Below the pieces are notes generated by a model. It made no database searches. It was not told the DNA's origin and saw only the letters and a program-made list of their open reading frames with translations. Below, one piece after another: positions 38,901 through 53,412 of a DNA stretch of 64,000 nt. The stretch lies in contig JBHGNT010000018.1 of assembly GCA_043228905.1 (NCBI GenBank), forward strand, positions 14,384,001-14,448,000, in the 5' to 3' direction. The translations under genes and the position numbers were made by a program. Numbering within the stretch: position 1 is the stretch's first letter; every line of letters starts with the position of its first letter. This DNA is from Azolla caroliniana (lineage: Eukaryota > Plantae > Polypodiophyta).

Positions 38901-40320
38901 TTACACTTATTTTCTCCGTTGTTTTTGGATCTAGAAAGCTCTTTACTGAATTCCAAAACAGCCTAAAGCTTGGTCCAGCATTTACAATGAACATATGGTG
39001 CAAGGTCTGCAATAATACAATAAATGTTTTAGGGTTCTTTCTGATCTTGAATCAGAGGAACCATTCAAATAAACACCATTGAGACAAAGCTGAAAAAATT
39101 ATTACTTTTAACATTTGCACTTACTTCAGGGTAATTATCTGCATCAATTCTGTGTATCCGATGTAACAGCTCTCTTGCAGTTTTACTCACATTAGTTATG
39201 CCCTGCATTATGAATTTATATTGTTAGTAAATAGAGCATGATCATACAAATGAAACTGTAATTTGTTGAGCATCTATGCCAACAAAATCAGCCACAAAAC
39301 CTCATTGTATCACAAATCTTATATGAAATAGGGATTTTGACATATAAAGCAACACTATTATCAACAGTAACAGATGCAAAGTATTGCTTGTCAGACTGAC
39401 CAAACCAGCAACATCGAGGATTGTTGTAGTTGAGTCGATGTGTTTTTTCCTCGCCATTGAACAGGCTGGGAATTTCTTGTTGAGTGACTTCTCAAACTCC
39501 AAGACATGGTATTTCAAGTATCTCTCAACTGTTGTCACTTGCAAAAATTTGTTTGCGTCTACCTTGCACAGTCGTTCAATGTAAACGGGTCTTCCCTCTT
39601 TGTCGACCCCATGATAACCTTGTGGATAGCATTTCTTTACTTCTTCAAGCTCTGTATAATCAAACTCCTGTACACAGTATGAAAACTCTTCAGAAATTCA
39701 TTTGAGTTCTGCCATCACTGACAAATCTGGCCTGTTAAAGAGCTCCAAACTAATGATATAGAAGGTAGTGCCTTAAGAAATTACCTCCTCAATCGTGTCA
39801 ACACGAAATTCTTCTCTCCATTTGAGCATATTAGCCCACATATTCTTAGTTTTCTCCATATCGAATTTGCAAGCTTTCAGAAATCTGGGGCAGTCGATGC
39901 GCATGTGAATTAGTAGAAACATTTTAGAATAGCTCTATATACTAGTAATCATCGCCTCAAGAAACAAGTGAGCTGTTAACAGTACAAAGTTTTAATAGTT
40001 TTACACATCGATGCAAACTAATTGCACATATACCTCAATAGGACATGGTAATCATCATGTCTCTTTGGCAGCAGATTTTCTGCAATAACCACTTGTCTAA
40101 AAGCATCAACTGCTCTCTGTTCTTGCTCATCTCGGACATCCTTGATTGCGAAAAGCCCTTGACAGCTGTGTGACTTCTTACTTCTTCGGGTCAAAGAGTG
40201 TTTAAGCTTTCTTGACTTCATCATAGCCTTAAAAGCTCCCATTTTTCTCTTTATCTTAGTTTCATCATCAGTCGTATCATGCTCAACATCTGATTTCCTA
40301 TCCTTCCCCAATGGTTCCAT
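32991..40320 (-). CDS. SFH: Sec14-like phosphatidylinositol/phosphatidylcholine transfer protein with nodulin-like C-terminus. Exons 40320-40034, 39884-39785, 39667-39401, 39202-39125, 39006-38905, 38816-38767, 38672-38573, 38410-38318, 38117-38004, 33896-33770, 33664-33294, 33183-33112, 33011-32991
   Basis: [74 protein letters not shown]...[21 protein letters not shown], coiled-coil [10 protein letters not shown] and terminal CW*; GT-AG junctions in phase. The last five exons are less certain than the core. Confidence 0.92.
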
Positions 40321-41890
40321 GCCAGATAGCCTGAAATATAAAAATAAAAATGCCATGGGGATTCAATTATAATCAAGCACCCTGGTACTAATCCTTTAAG
40401 GTTCCTATCATATTTCAAGGTAGTCGTCACATACAATGTATATAACACTGGACAGCGTAAGCAAAGCAAGGAAAGATCTGATAATTGATTGCCCTCAGTG
40501 AGATATAAAGAATAGCACATAATATATTCGTTATTGGTGAGATTTTCTTTCACTTTTGTCACTTTGGATGACTTTTCTACTTTCACTTAGGTCATTCAGG
40601 CTGGCTGATAAGCACACTTGTGGTAGCTACCCATCTGGATGCGAGAAAGCATGGATATGTTGCCAAGAATTTAAGATCGCGGTCCAATTTTCGAAATGTT
40701 GGTTTCTTTAAGGTGTTTAGAACCCTCCTTTTTTTTGCATCGATTCAGCAACAAGGAAGAGAAACACAAGATTTGGACGTTCACCCAAGCCTCCAATTTA
40801 CAGATTACACAAAAGCCATCATGTTTATAATTCCCTCAAGAAAAACAATCTCATAATTTGGGAAAGTGAGTGTGATTTGACTCCTGTTCTGGTAGAAGAT
40901 TCATAAATTTGTTTCCATGCTCTACAGAAATACACAAGCCCAAGGATTGGAGCTATCTATTCCATTGAAAAAACATCAGGCGTAGAACACAGGATGACAA
41001 GTTTAGAGCTCATATAAATTAGATCACACTACACCTTCCAAAACAGTTTGTGTCTGTATGTTTCTATCCATCCTAGAATTGAGGTGAGAGTCATGAACTC
41101 CCAACAAAAGACCATGCATGATTTACTCCTACAGCCATTTTTATATGACCTGAGACAGAATTACTGGAGGTTTACAGAATACTTGTTGAAAGAAATCTTT
41201 CTTCACTTAGGGGGAGCTAAACATGTGCAGCTATGCAGTGAAATATGATGCATCAGGCAACACGAGTGGAAATGTGCCCTGAAGTATTCAATGCAGCAAT
41301 GAAGAGTCAGAAATCTAAGTATTCTATGCGGATATTATCTTTCCAGAAGTTTCTCCCGTTTATCAAGCAGTGTTAGGGTTGGAATTGGCTATGAGCTTCA
41401 GGATATATTCCATTCTAAATAGTATTTACATGCAATGGTATGCAACGAAGCCAGATGCAGGAGAAGACCTTAGAGAAATATGTAGAGGGAATCATGACTC
41501 AAATAGAGGAGACATTGTGTGTCCATTTGAATGAAATGGAGGCCTTTTTTCAAAAAGCTTAGAATGAGAAGCAGAAGAAAGGAAGCTGGAGAGGAGATAC
41601 GTCGGAACAAGAAGAAAACCAAGCCCAGTAAAGGTCCATGAGCGAATACCAGAACAGGAAGGGGGAAACGCTCAGATATGTTCAGCAATCGATGCAATAA
41701 GATGTCTAATTAAAGAAATGGGTTTAATGCGGTATCTCAGAGAATACATGAACAAGGAGGAGGAGGAGAAGAAGAAGAAGAGGCTCTGCTATGAGACCAA
41801 TGCCAGATTATTCCGACTCAGAGAAGGTTCAAGAGCTTGGATCATAACCAAAATGGAAGATGTGTGCAGAGAAGAGAGAAGAGAATGGAC

Positions 41891-42340
41891 CTGAATCAGA
41901 GAAGGAATGCAGGAGCGATGTTTGTTTGGCGCAGAGCAAGAAGGCGAAAATGATTTAAATCTACAACAATATGTATGTATATAATAAGGATTCCAAAACC
42001 GATCCGAAACGGAATGGAAACGAAACGGCTGTCTGTCTCCTCTCAGCGACTCCTCTCAGCGCGTGTGTGTGGAAGGAAAGCTGCAACAGATCGATCGCCC
42101 TGCCCTCTGTTTGTCTGTCTGTCTGTCTCTGTGTGTGTTATGTCTGTGTCTGTGTCTGTCTGTCTGTGCCAAAAATGCCTGTCTTGTCTCTCTGTCAGTC
42201 AGTCAGTCAGCCCGTGCAGGAAGGAGAAGCTTCGTGGAGAAGAGCGCCGTCTGTTGGTGCAGCAGGAATTCTGTTCTAGAATTCAGTGTGTTGGGATAGA
42301 GAAGAAACAAAGAGGATCATGGCGATGGCGATGGCGATCA

Positions 42341-42370
<30 letters not shown>
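41891..42370 (-). promoter_or_regulatory. Probable non-coding first exon/5' leader of the SFH gene
   Basis: CAG|GTCCAT donor at 41890, acceptor TTTCAG at 40331 ten bases before the ATG, microsatellite-rich leader. Confidence 0.4.
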
Positions 42371-42372
<2 letters not shown>

Positions 42373-45300
42373 GCCTGACTCAGAATAATACATACTGAAC
42401 CAGAATGACTGTCTCAGCCGGTCAGCCGGCCGGTCCATCGGGTCAAGATAAGTCAAGTCAAGTCCCAGTCAATACACATATGTACATACACTAACATACA
42501 TATATGTATACACATACATATACATAACATATACATACATACATACATACATAAATATATATATATATATATCAGCTAATTGTTTCCCGATCAATTCTTC
42601 TGTTTTTTTTGTGCTCCACGTAGGAACTAGAAGAGTTGTAGGCTCGGGGGCCTCACCTCCACGAGTATCGGGGTTCTTTCATGAAAGAATGAAAGATAGA
42701 AAGATATGTATATTAACGCCTTCTAAGACCAAAAATTGGCCCCATGAGACAATTGGTTTACAACCAAAAAATGGGGTTTTTACATACTCATTCATCGAAA
42801 GTTAAAAATAAAAATAGAACTTAAGCTAAAGAGTTCTAGTAAAAAATAACATGTTCTATAAGGACTCTCCGTTACATATACATATGTATGTATAGGTTTG
42901 GCGTATCGAGTCTCGACATTGTGTAGGTCTTTAAAATACATCTTCTCGAAGCTCAACAAAACATTCTTCTCATTGGGATTAGCAATTATATATATATATA
43001 TATGTATATGTATATGTATGTATGTATGTATGTCAAAGAGTATGAATCAATAGAAAGGGGATTGGTTTTCGAGGCATGTATATGCACGAAAAGCATATCT
43101 TAGTTCATTTCCATCCCTTCTTACAATTGAAACTCATTATATGGTTGAAGTTGTCGTATGAGTATTGTTTATTAAGAATAGGCATCATGCATTTTATTTA
43201 TATTTCGAACATTCTTATTGGAACTTGTATCATACGGACCCTCCCCCCTCTCTGCACAATGACACGTAATTCCTCATTGGAACTTGTATCATACCGATTT
43301 TCCTTGCTTTCTCACGCGTCTCGAGCTTCTATAGGAACCCCAACATGTTTTCAACGGAATGTTTTGTTTCAAAACCAACACTCAAATCAGAATTGTCCAG
43401 TGTTGCAAGAAACGTACCAAAGCGTAGTTGCATTTAGAGTAACTAGATAATAATATTTTAGGGTCCAAATTCACTTTTGAAACTTAATGCCACATTTGTA
43501 TTATATATAGAATTTATCATGTTGGACTTGGAACTTAACGCTACATTTGTATTATGTATAGAAGATATCATGTTAAGTATCCGTCAAACATCTCACGTCC
43601 AAGTTCCAACATTAATGTCTAAAGGCATATGTATAAACTCCTAAGAAAAAACTTAACATGTAAAGAGCTTAAAGGTAATATGTATAAGCCTTCAGATTCT
43701 CTGACTAGGGACATTATGTAATTAGGTTAATCGTGAAGTAATTATAATGGTAAACTTATAAAGGGATTCCTCGTTCTCTCAACCTTAGTAAGGCTCAAGT
43801 GTTCTCTATCTTCTTAATAACATACCATTAAGCTCAAGCCTTAAAGCATAATATTTTTCTATTTATTAAACCTCAAACCTTGTACTTTGTTGTGAAAGTG
43901 TGGAGTAATCAAAGCTTTGGTGTATTGTTGGATTCTTGCTCTATTTTATTTTTTGTAAGCATTATGAAGTGCAATTAAGTTGTCTAATGACTTATGTTAT
44001 GTTTTAATCTCATGAATGTGTGAGTAAAAGATAATGATCGGAGTTAGTGTAAATGTTAAAATCTCTAGAGTAATCAACATCCATTATTGCATATCCTAAG
44101 AGTGTAGACACAAGTAAGATTTAGCATGACGACATCATTATGATTCTCATGAAGTATGTTGGCAATAATCGGTAAGTAATCGAGAGATGTCACATATTTG
44201 GCACCATTGACAATGTCATGAAGTCGTGGGTTTGTGAGAACAGAAAAAACATGATCACATCTGTGCATCTGCTTAAATCTCATTTGACCATTAACTTTTG
44301 AATCCAAAATTGTAAAGCCTATAGACTAAAAATGACAAAGTGTCATGCATGACCAAAATAAAATCGCTGACTATAGCAAATGGAGAAAAATGTTAAAGTC
44401 GTTATAAGAAGAGGCTTAGGCATGTTTTTGGGGGATCTCTCATTTCAAGTGTGCTCTTTCTCTCTTTTGGTGAATTCTAGGTTTAGGGGTGAATCTTCTT
44501 TGAGTTACTTATGGAAATCTTGGATCAGGGATACTTTTTATTATCATTTGTTTTTCGCTTTATATATTATGTAACTCATAAAACCTGTGTTTGTTTTTTG
44601 TTAGTGGAGGTTGGAATATCAAGTATGATTTTAAACTTTGATTTGTTTGTGGAAATGCGATGTCCCCAAGTATTAAGTTGTGTTTAACCCATAATTGGGA
44701 TTTTAACAGGTTTAAGGAGAGTTTATATGCTTGGCTTTTTCCAAATATCATTCTCATAATGGTGAGATGATTCCCATGTCAAGTGGCACCAAAGGTCATT
44801 GACATAGGATTCCACACCTTTCCTAAAGTTGGATTTGATGATGTGGTCAACACCCCTCTAGTATGTGCTTAATCCAAATGACATTTGTTTATCGAAAAAT
44901 GTACCAAATTTCGTGGAAAATGTTTTCTTATGTCGATCTTCTTGAGCTATTGTTATATAATTATACTCTAAGAAACCATCTACGAAAGTGTCGATCTTCT
45001 TGAGCCATTGTTATATAATTATACTTTAAGAAACCATCTATGAAATTCTAGGCCATCATGAAAATGTATACAATATAGTATAGTGTATAATATATATACA
45101 TAATACCATAATCATCATAAAAAGGTCATACGGGGACTTGAACCCATCACCTTTATATATCAAAGATTTAATCAATAAATCATTGTCTTATGCACATTGT
45201 GGTGTCCCTTATTAAAATGTTTTATATGTAATCTTGGTTATATGCATAACATTATGAGATGTCATCATCTCCCACATGCTACTATATGATAACCCAATGG

Positions 45301-46559
45301 CTTGCTTGCATGAAGGCCAAGTAGCAATCCTGCATAGATGTGAGGTGGCGAATATGCATGGGTCCAATCATGTTATATAAACAGGTGCTTTAGTCATTTA
45401 TGAACCATTGCGATTCAATGCTAGTCTTTGCCATATTCTTATAATCTTATTCTTCTTGTCAATAGAATTACATTCTCTTCTTATTTGTATCTTTAAAAAA
45501 AATTGTCCTATCATTTTATATTGTTCTTGGTCCATGGATATGACCATAGATTGACATATTCGCATTCGTAGGGCCTCCCCCATGATTGCGTGTAAAAATA
45601 TTCGTTTTTCCATTTTTTCTTTCTCAAACGAACAATGAATTGCATCCTCACCTCCCCATGCATCCTATGTGTGACACCTACATCCTCACCTCCCCTTGCA
45701 TCTTGTTCTCGACTTGAAAATTAGGGTTTTGGAAAACCCTAATTTCAACCATATTTTCTCTTCTTGGCCCACATCCTCGCATCCCTTTGCATCCTCTGCG
45801 TGATGCATACATCTTGTTCTCAACATGCAAACTCAAGGTTTTGTTGAAACCCTGAATTTAGCAAAAACCCTAATTATTTAATCATTGGTGAATTAAATCA
45901 TTTTTATTATGTAAAATTATTTTGAAAAACAAATGGTTTTATAATATTCTTGGGGCCGTTTCTTATTCTTGAATATCACATATGTGTCAATCTATGGATA
46001 TGACCCTCCCCATTTCCTATTTTTTGAGAGTTTTTCAAGTTTGTTAGTAAGCAAAAGTACGTGTATGTTCTCTCTAAGGTTGATTATTTATCAACAAAAA
46101 TTGTGGCATTAGAGTAAGCAATGTAGCCAAAAGTGACCGATGCATGATGCAGGTTCAATTGAAATTAATAACCCCCTAGCTCATCCTAAACAATAGCACA
46201 AATTGAAATTAATAACCCACTAGCTCATCCTAAACAATAGCACATTTTGAATGCCATGAAGTTAGACTAGTGAACTATTACACTTTCTTTGAAGGATGGT
46301 TGCTTACAAGCCCATCCCTTGGTTTTCATCACTCGATCGCTTCCTTTTACACCAAGTGAATTCGTAAGGACCTTAGAAAAATCCTCCCCCCTCTCCGCCT
46401 ATTTTGTAGCTTGCTTCCCTTTGCACAAAAAACAACACAATACACCTGCACCTGTCTTCCCCCATTCCGTTTGTTGACAACTTAGCATGGAGGAAGCATG
46501 ACAATACGATGACCTATCAAAATGCGTTCTCCAACTTGAAGGCAACACTATTATCTTTG

Positions 46560-47250
46560 TGTCAACAATATTTGAGTTTCCAATGCCCCCATAAGGAACC
46601 AAATGTCGGCCAACCAAGAAAGTTTGATGGTACTTGATCTCAATTCCGAGGATTCATAACCCAAGTGCACCTTGTCATATAGATGCATCCAAATAGATAT
46701 AAAAATGACACTCGAGTCGGGTTGGCAAGATCACTACTAACAAGTATAACACTTCCATTGTTTGTGCCATGATTAGAAACTAACTCTCCCTTGCTAGACA
46801 ATTTTGATAGTTTCACTCAAGGAATTCCAAGCAAGTTTTCAGGATATGGATGTAAGAAGTACGATCAACAAGACTCAAAGGTTGAGACAAGAGATTGCCC
46901 TATCTTAGGTTACACAACAAATTTTCTTCTCCACACATTTGATATTCCTTGGAATGAAGAAGCATTAATGAATCAATTCTGCCACGAGGTGCACAATGAT
47001 GTGAATGATTTATTCTTGACTTTCCTTGAAGATCCGAAGTCATTAATAGAGGCCATTAATTGAGTAGTACGATGTGATAATCGACTATTGGAACGATTTT
47101 GTGAAAAACAACCAACACTACACTTAGAGACGGAGAAAACCTATGGATTTATGTAGCACATAATCGAGGGCCATTGACTAAAGCTAAAAAGCAACAACCT
47201 TGAGGAAACTCTTTTTTTCTATATTGTAGTGGTCTCGGATACGTAAAGTG
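46560..47250 (+). pseudogene. Highly degenerate Ty3/gypsy gag remnant
   Basis: PRKFDGT..QFRGFI..., WNEEALMNQF...V..DV.D....EDPKSLIEAI...RCDNRL, with stops and frameshifts. Confidence 0.6.
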
Positions 47251-48566
47251 ATAAAAATGGCTTTACTAACCTAGATGACAAATTAAATTAGTCAAGTGCT
47301 AAAGTTGATATTGATTCTCCAAATACATCTAACCATCCTAATAAATCTAGTACCCTTGCATCATCCAATGGGTTTAAAGTCCCCAACCAAATAGGCAAAG
47401 TGTTAAACGAATAAGTCTAACAAAAATAGGAGCCATCAGGTTGGAGAATCCCAAATTCATAAAGTTAGTCCAAAGTAATGGTTACAGTATGTCAAATTGA
47501 GCTATTGTAGTTTTTGTAGCACAAATTCAAAATCAGTATTTGTAGATGTAATCGAGCCATTGTCTCTGCTCTCTTAAATTCAAGAATTAACTTCTGCTTC
47601 ATGGACCAAAACTTTTCCATAACATAGAAAATCCTTTTGAAATAATTGCCTTGTCTAGCATCTCTCACAATCATAGATGGTCGGTCTATTGCCTTTGGAA
47701 ACATAACCAAAGAGTCTTAGTTAGTTTGTGTATGTTATGAGCATAATTGTAATTGTTTTCTCTAACCTCATTGTTCATTGTGGGCTAATGCATAAGGGAT
47801 GAATGGTGAGGATTGAGTTATCTCAATCCTACGGTGGGAGATAACTTTAGAGTGTTTCATTACTTGGACACTTACAAAAAAATGAAACTAAGTGTGAAAC
47901 TGACGAGGGGCTAGGGTGAAGCTATATAAGAGGCTAGCCATCTTCATGAGGGGGTTCATCTTTATTATTTTGATAGAGACTCTTATAGTGTAGCAAAGCT
48001 ATAGCTTCATACATGTGTGCCTCCTCCTTCTAACCCAAGATAGGATCCATGTCCCTACTAGGTAGTATGGGACACCGACGGGGGACTCAAATCTATCTCT
48101 CACCTTCACAAGGGGGTGGTTGGGGTGGACTAACACCATTTATTCCTTATTTTTATTCTTAATTCTACTTAATGTTAATTTAGATTCTTATAGTTGGTTT
48201 CTGAATGAGGTAAAAAATTTCTTGTGTTTGCTTCCCTTTTTATGTTTTCCTTAATCCTAGAGAAACTAATAGAGTGCGTTTTGTCGATCCAGGAGCAAGC
48301 AACTCCAAAACGTCAATGTTCTTGGTTTCTCTCTTCTTCTTCTTTTTAACTATGTTATTTGGGCTAAGGGATTAACGGAGATCTCTAAAACGAGAGTTTG
48401 AGAAAGTCAAAGAATATATTTCTAAGTATAGAAGGATTGTGTTGCAAATCACTAATATTGATTATTTTGGTAGGTTGCACAATTTTCTTTATGGCTTGTG
48501 ACCTTCAGTGAGGAAGGAGGTGGAAAAGATTGAACCTGCTAGCTTGGAGGAGGCTATCTACATAAC

Positions 48567-49310
48567 ATTAGAATTAGAATTAGAATTTTTATCGTCCATA
48601 AAGAGGCCAATTTTGACCTATGGGACCAAAGTATACATGTGTTCTTGATATATGTCTCCTTCCTAAGAAGGGGTATTCATATGTTGAAGCACAAAGTCTC
48701 CATGTGTTAATAAAGCATACACATATGAGCTCAACCTTCTAGGTGGTGTCTTAAGTATGGATCTTAAGTTATCACTCCCTCTTAGTATGTCAACATATCT
48801 TGAACGAATTGCACTATATGTCGAGCATGTGAAGAGCAAGTGATATTCATCCTCTACCATGCCTCCATTGCATACTTTACATATCTTCAAATTCGTTACA
48901 TTTTGATACCATGATGCAACTTCAATACCTAACTTGTGAGATCGAGTGCGAAGTAGTGTAAGGGCTCTACGAGCATTGCTACTCATATTGGTAATGAGAT
49001 AAGGTTGGATACGATCAATAGACATTCTTGCTTTATATTGAGACCAACATTCAGGGTTGACATTTGCAATGTAGTATTCTAGCTTTGTCCACTTAGCATC
49101 CTCCCACTTCATCCTTAATGATTCCACCAACCTTTCCTCAATCATTACATATTGCATAGCATTGCCTGAAAGCTCTAAAAGATCATCCACACCCCATCTT
49201 CTAAACCATTTCTTTATGTCAACAACCCAACTAGATGAGAGAATCTCACTTTTATGATTCTTTTGTAGCTTACATCCAACATTCCAAGAAAGATGTGGTA
49301 ATCGATGATT
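48567..49310 (-). mobile_element. 5'-truncated LINE 3' end with a short (TTCTAA)3 tail, inserted in a gag-like remnant (about 48385-48566)
   Basis: LTLLRTRSHKLGIEVASW...ICKVCNGGMVEDEYHLLFTCSTYSAIR in ORF 48663-49424; ttagaa repeats at 48568-48585. Confidence 0.7.
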
Positions 49311-49504
49311 CGGCATAGTGTGTGGGTGATTGGGAGGCCTCCCAACACAAGCAAGATTCCCTAGAGAAAGTGGGAACCTTGAGACCTCACCATCAAGCAA
49401 TGAATGAAGTGCTGGGTACCACAAGTGGAAGCAAGGTGAGTGGACAAATCACTCCCTTGAACCCCTCTGTTGGAAGCAAAATGAAACGAGTGCCTTGATT
49501 CAAC

Positions 49505-50937
49505 TGTTGAATACGAGCTTATAATGGACGTATTCACACTATCCCATTGGACAGACTAGGTTTAGGCCATATATGTAAATATTGTAATGGGCAGTTGCCA
49601 TAGTTCAATTCATATATAAACTAAACTTGTAACCTAGTCCAAAGAGATGTTGAGAGAATAACACAGTTACATTGCTTTGTGCCTCTCTATATCTCCTTCT
49701 CCCTCTCTTCTTGATCTTGATCTCTAGATCTTGAAGGTGCCTTTTGTGAGAACATTCCATTCTTGTTGAGTCTGTTTACTATCAACTCGAAGTCCTTCTT
49801 AAGAAGAGTGTTGATCCTATTCTACACTGACGACCATGCTTCCAACATTTGGTATCAGAGCTTGGTTCTGTATTCTACAACCAACCGTCTTCTATCTTCA
49901 ACAACACTCTTGTCTTCATCCCCTTGAAGATCTCGTAGTTGATTTTATTTGTTAGAACAGATTCTGAGATCTCAGTTGAACTGAAATCTTCTAGTTGGCA
50001 ACTTCCACAAGATCATACTTTATGAGAAGAAACACCTACAAATTTGCACTCCATTGAGCTAGATCACCCATAAAGTAAGCCAATTGACTGTACTTTGTCT
50101 TTGTGATCGTAGCCACTCGGAGTGGGATTTTCATCAAATCAGACTCACTCATGCTTCATCAGGTTAGGTGGCAATCAAATATATCAATCGACGTTGTTCA
50201 CCTGTCTGTTGTAACCACTCGATGCAAATCTGATCTCAAGCACAACCTCGTCAGTGCTCCATTCTGTTAGGTGGTATTTAAACAAGCCAAACAATGCTGT
50301 CCATTCACACATTGTAGTCACTCGGTGTAGGATTGGTGTTAGAATCGTCACAATTACTGTTAATCTGTGATCGGCTTTGAAATTGGCACTTGGAATCAGA
50401 TTGGCAATAACTGTGCTCAATTCAGCTAGGTGAAATTCGGGAAGACCAATAAGCTATGTTCCCTCCACTCATTGTAGCCATCTTAAGCAAGTTTAACAAC
50501 CCAATTGCCATCTAGAATCTAATAGATTAATTAATTAGTGAATTCGAGTTCAATCCAACTAGGCACAAAATTAGTCTTAGCCACTCCGGGAAGAACCCGC
50601 CGATAACCGAAGCAAATCCGGCTCGTGTCCAAATCCGGCTAGAACGAATTCAATTGAGTTAGCCGGTTGGACCCTCCCACTATTCGTAGCTGACTCCAGA
50701 CAAGGCTTCAGAAGCCGACACAAATGGCCTCAACATCTGACTCATATAAGATGAGTCTAAGGAAGTTCGGTGGATCGAACTTCAACTTTTGGAAGGAGCA
50801 AATGCAAGACTATTTGATCGTCAAAGGCCAAATAGATCTAATTGAACACGAAAATCCTCTAGAAGAATTCAAGCCGGATGAGTGGACGAAACTTGACTAG
50901 ATTGTTCGAGCCACCATTCAGATGCACCTGTCAAAGT
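49505..50937 (+). mobile_element. 5' part of older copia F (B/C-related): LTR 49505-49847, PBS, leader, gag start 50724
   Basis: LTR shares ataatggacgtattcacactatccc with B/C; TGGTATCAGAGC at 49850; MASTSDSYKMSLRKFGGSNFNFWKEQMQDY. Confidence 0.88.
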
Positions 50938-51324
50938 TGTTGAGCGAGCAAGCTCAACATGATCCGGATCGGTTGAAAAAGCTAAGAGCCGGATCAGTGT
51001 GTAATCGGTAGGCTATTAGAGGCCTACGATCCTAGCATAGTACGTATGCATAATTTTAGGAGTTAGTGTCAATCGTTCGGTACGAGCATTGAAGTACTTG
51101 TCAATACTTCTGTTAGTCCTTTTAAGAACTTGTATAAAAGTGCTCACTAAGCACATTGTATGTACGGAGTATTGAGTTTATTTTGAAATAGATGTTGTGT
51201 GTTCTGCTATCTCTATTTCTCCCGCATACTCTTTGTATATCTTAAGCTTTCCATTAAACTTGTGTATTTTCTATTTGCTATCCGGCTGAACTGGTTTGTC
51301 TACACTTCCTGTAAAGAATCAACA
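50938..51324 (+). mobile_element. LTR (G) related to the copia E LTR, inserted in the gag of F
   Basis: TGTTGAG...TCAACA; aligns with 61393-61807; no matching TSD. Confidence 0.7.
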
Positions 51325-53286
51325 GTGATTCTTGTGCAACGGAATAGGTTAGAGATGTGTGTGTGAGTAATGGAAACCTTCCCTCTAGTGAAACTATTTG
51401 TAAGGGCATGAAGATCTCTTCAATATCTTTTATCTGTGTGTGTATTTCAGTTACAATGAAAATAAAGTGGCAAATGCATTAGTTATGTGTCATAGAATAT
51501 GATTCTATGACGCATAGTTAATGTGTAAAGAGTAGTAGTGTGACTTTTGACCTTTGCGTGTTCATACACTCTCAAGGGTGTGTTCACACACTAGGTTAGG
51601 TTGAGCTTGATTCTCAACATGCCCCCTCAAGCTCAAGTTTGGTTGGCTTGTCCGCTTTGGCTAGTACCCGATTCGAACGGTATTCGGTTCTCTTTGTTTG
51701 GTGTCCGCTTCGGCTGATACCCGGTTCGGACATACTCCCCCTCAAGCTTGGCAAGTTAGGGATCATCAATCCAAGGTCTGACATGAATTGCCGAAGCTTG
51801 TCGGCTCCTAGGTCTTTGGTGAAGATGTCGGTTGTCTGAAGATTCGTGCTGATGTGTTGAAGGTCGACATCTCCAGCGTGAATGCGCTCTCGAATGATCT
51901 GATAATTCACTTCGATATGCTTCGTGCGTGCGTGGAACACCGGGTTCCGAGCCAGATGAATACTACTCATGTTGTCATAGTAAGGGGAAATTAGATCTTT
52001 GATGGGAACACCCAGATCCTTCAATATCCTCTTGAGCCATATGACTTCACATGCAGCCACCGATGCGGCCCTGTATTCAACCTCTGTGCTCGAAAGAGCG
52101 ACGGTTGGTTGCTTCTTGCTATTCCAAGAGATGGCTCCACTTCCGAGGAAGAAGACGAAACTAGAGGTTGATCATCGATCGGCTTTGTAGCCGGCCCAAT
52201 CGGCATCTGTGTACCCTTCGAGCTGAATTGGCATGGCCGACTTATAGAGAATGCCATAGTCCATCGTTCCACTCACGTATCGTAACACTCATTTAGCACA
52301 ATCCAAATGGATATCTCGTGGAGTTTGCATGAATTGGCTAAGGAGGCCGACTGGATAGTTCAGGTTGGGTCGAGTGATCATGAGGTAGATGAGGCTCCCG
52401 ATCAGTTGTCGATACTGAGTCATCATCTAGTTTGAGGTTTCGATCAAGAGGGGTTGTCACAGATTTGCATTCGGTCATCCTGAACTTGTATAACAAGTTG
52501 AGGATGTAGTGCCGTTGAGAGATTATTATTCCGGTTGGAGTCCGAATTACCTCAATGCCAAGGAAGTAATGGAGCTCTTTCATGTCCGTCATCTCGAATT
52601 TGCCAGAGAGGAGGGACTTGACCATGTTGATGTCGACTAGATGCTCACCTCCAATGACCAGATCATCCATGTATAGGATGATGACAATCAGACTTTCAAA
52701 ATCGCTTCTTACATAGAGAGAATTGTCGGATTTTGACATTCGGAAGCCAATTCGATGAAGATATTGTATTATCTTCGAGTGTCAAGCACGTGGTGCTTGC
52801 TTAAGGCCGTAGAGAGGCTTCTTGAGTCGGCAGACGGCTTTCGGATGAATGTTGGATTTTGAAGCCGGGTGGTTGTACCATGTACACCTCCTCTTCTAAT
52901 TCACCTTGAAGAAAGGCGTTTGTGACATCCATGTGGTGGAGGTGCTACCCTTTCACTGTAGCAAGCGCTATTACGGTCCGCATGGTTGTCATCTTTGCCA
53001 CCGGGGCAAAGGTCTCTTCATAGTCGACTCCTTGTATTTGTGTGTAGCCCTTTGCTACGAGTCGAGCTTTGTAGCGGTTGATGGAACCGTCGTCATTATA
53101 CTTCACTTTGTATATCCATCTGCAACCGATTGCCTTCTTGTGCGGTGAGTGAGGGACGAGATCCCATGCCTTGTTCTTGTTGAGAGCTTGCATCTCCTTG
53201 TTCATCGCTTTGACCCATCGCGGATCTTTAACAGCTTCAGCAAAGCTCTCCGGTTCTCGAATTGATGCCACCTTCATCATAAAAGC

Positions 53287-53371
53287 TGTTGGGGACAAAG
53301 TCGTCTGTGCGGAAGATCAAGAAGCATTCGATTGCTGTTGAGTACCTGCGTATAACAGAATCATAGATCGT

Positions 53372-53412
<41 letters not shown>

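Noticed and set aside
41971-42388. Overlapping Cys/Val/Ser-rich ORFs
   Set aside because: Translations of (TGTC)n/(CT)n microsatellites
43470-46245. Short two-copy tandem duplications (about 43470-43580, 44930-45045, 46157-46245)
   Set aside because: Ordinary slippage duplications in AT-rich intergenic DNA
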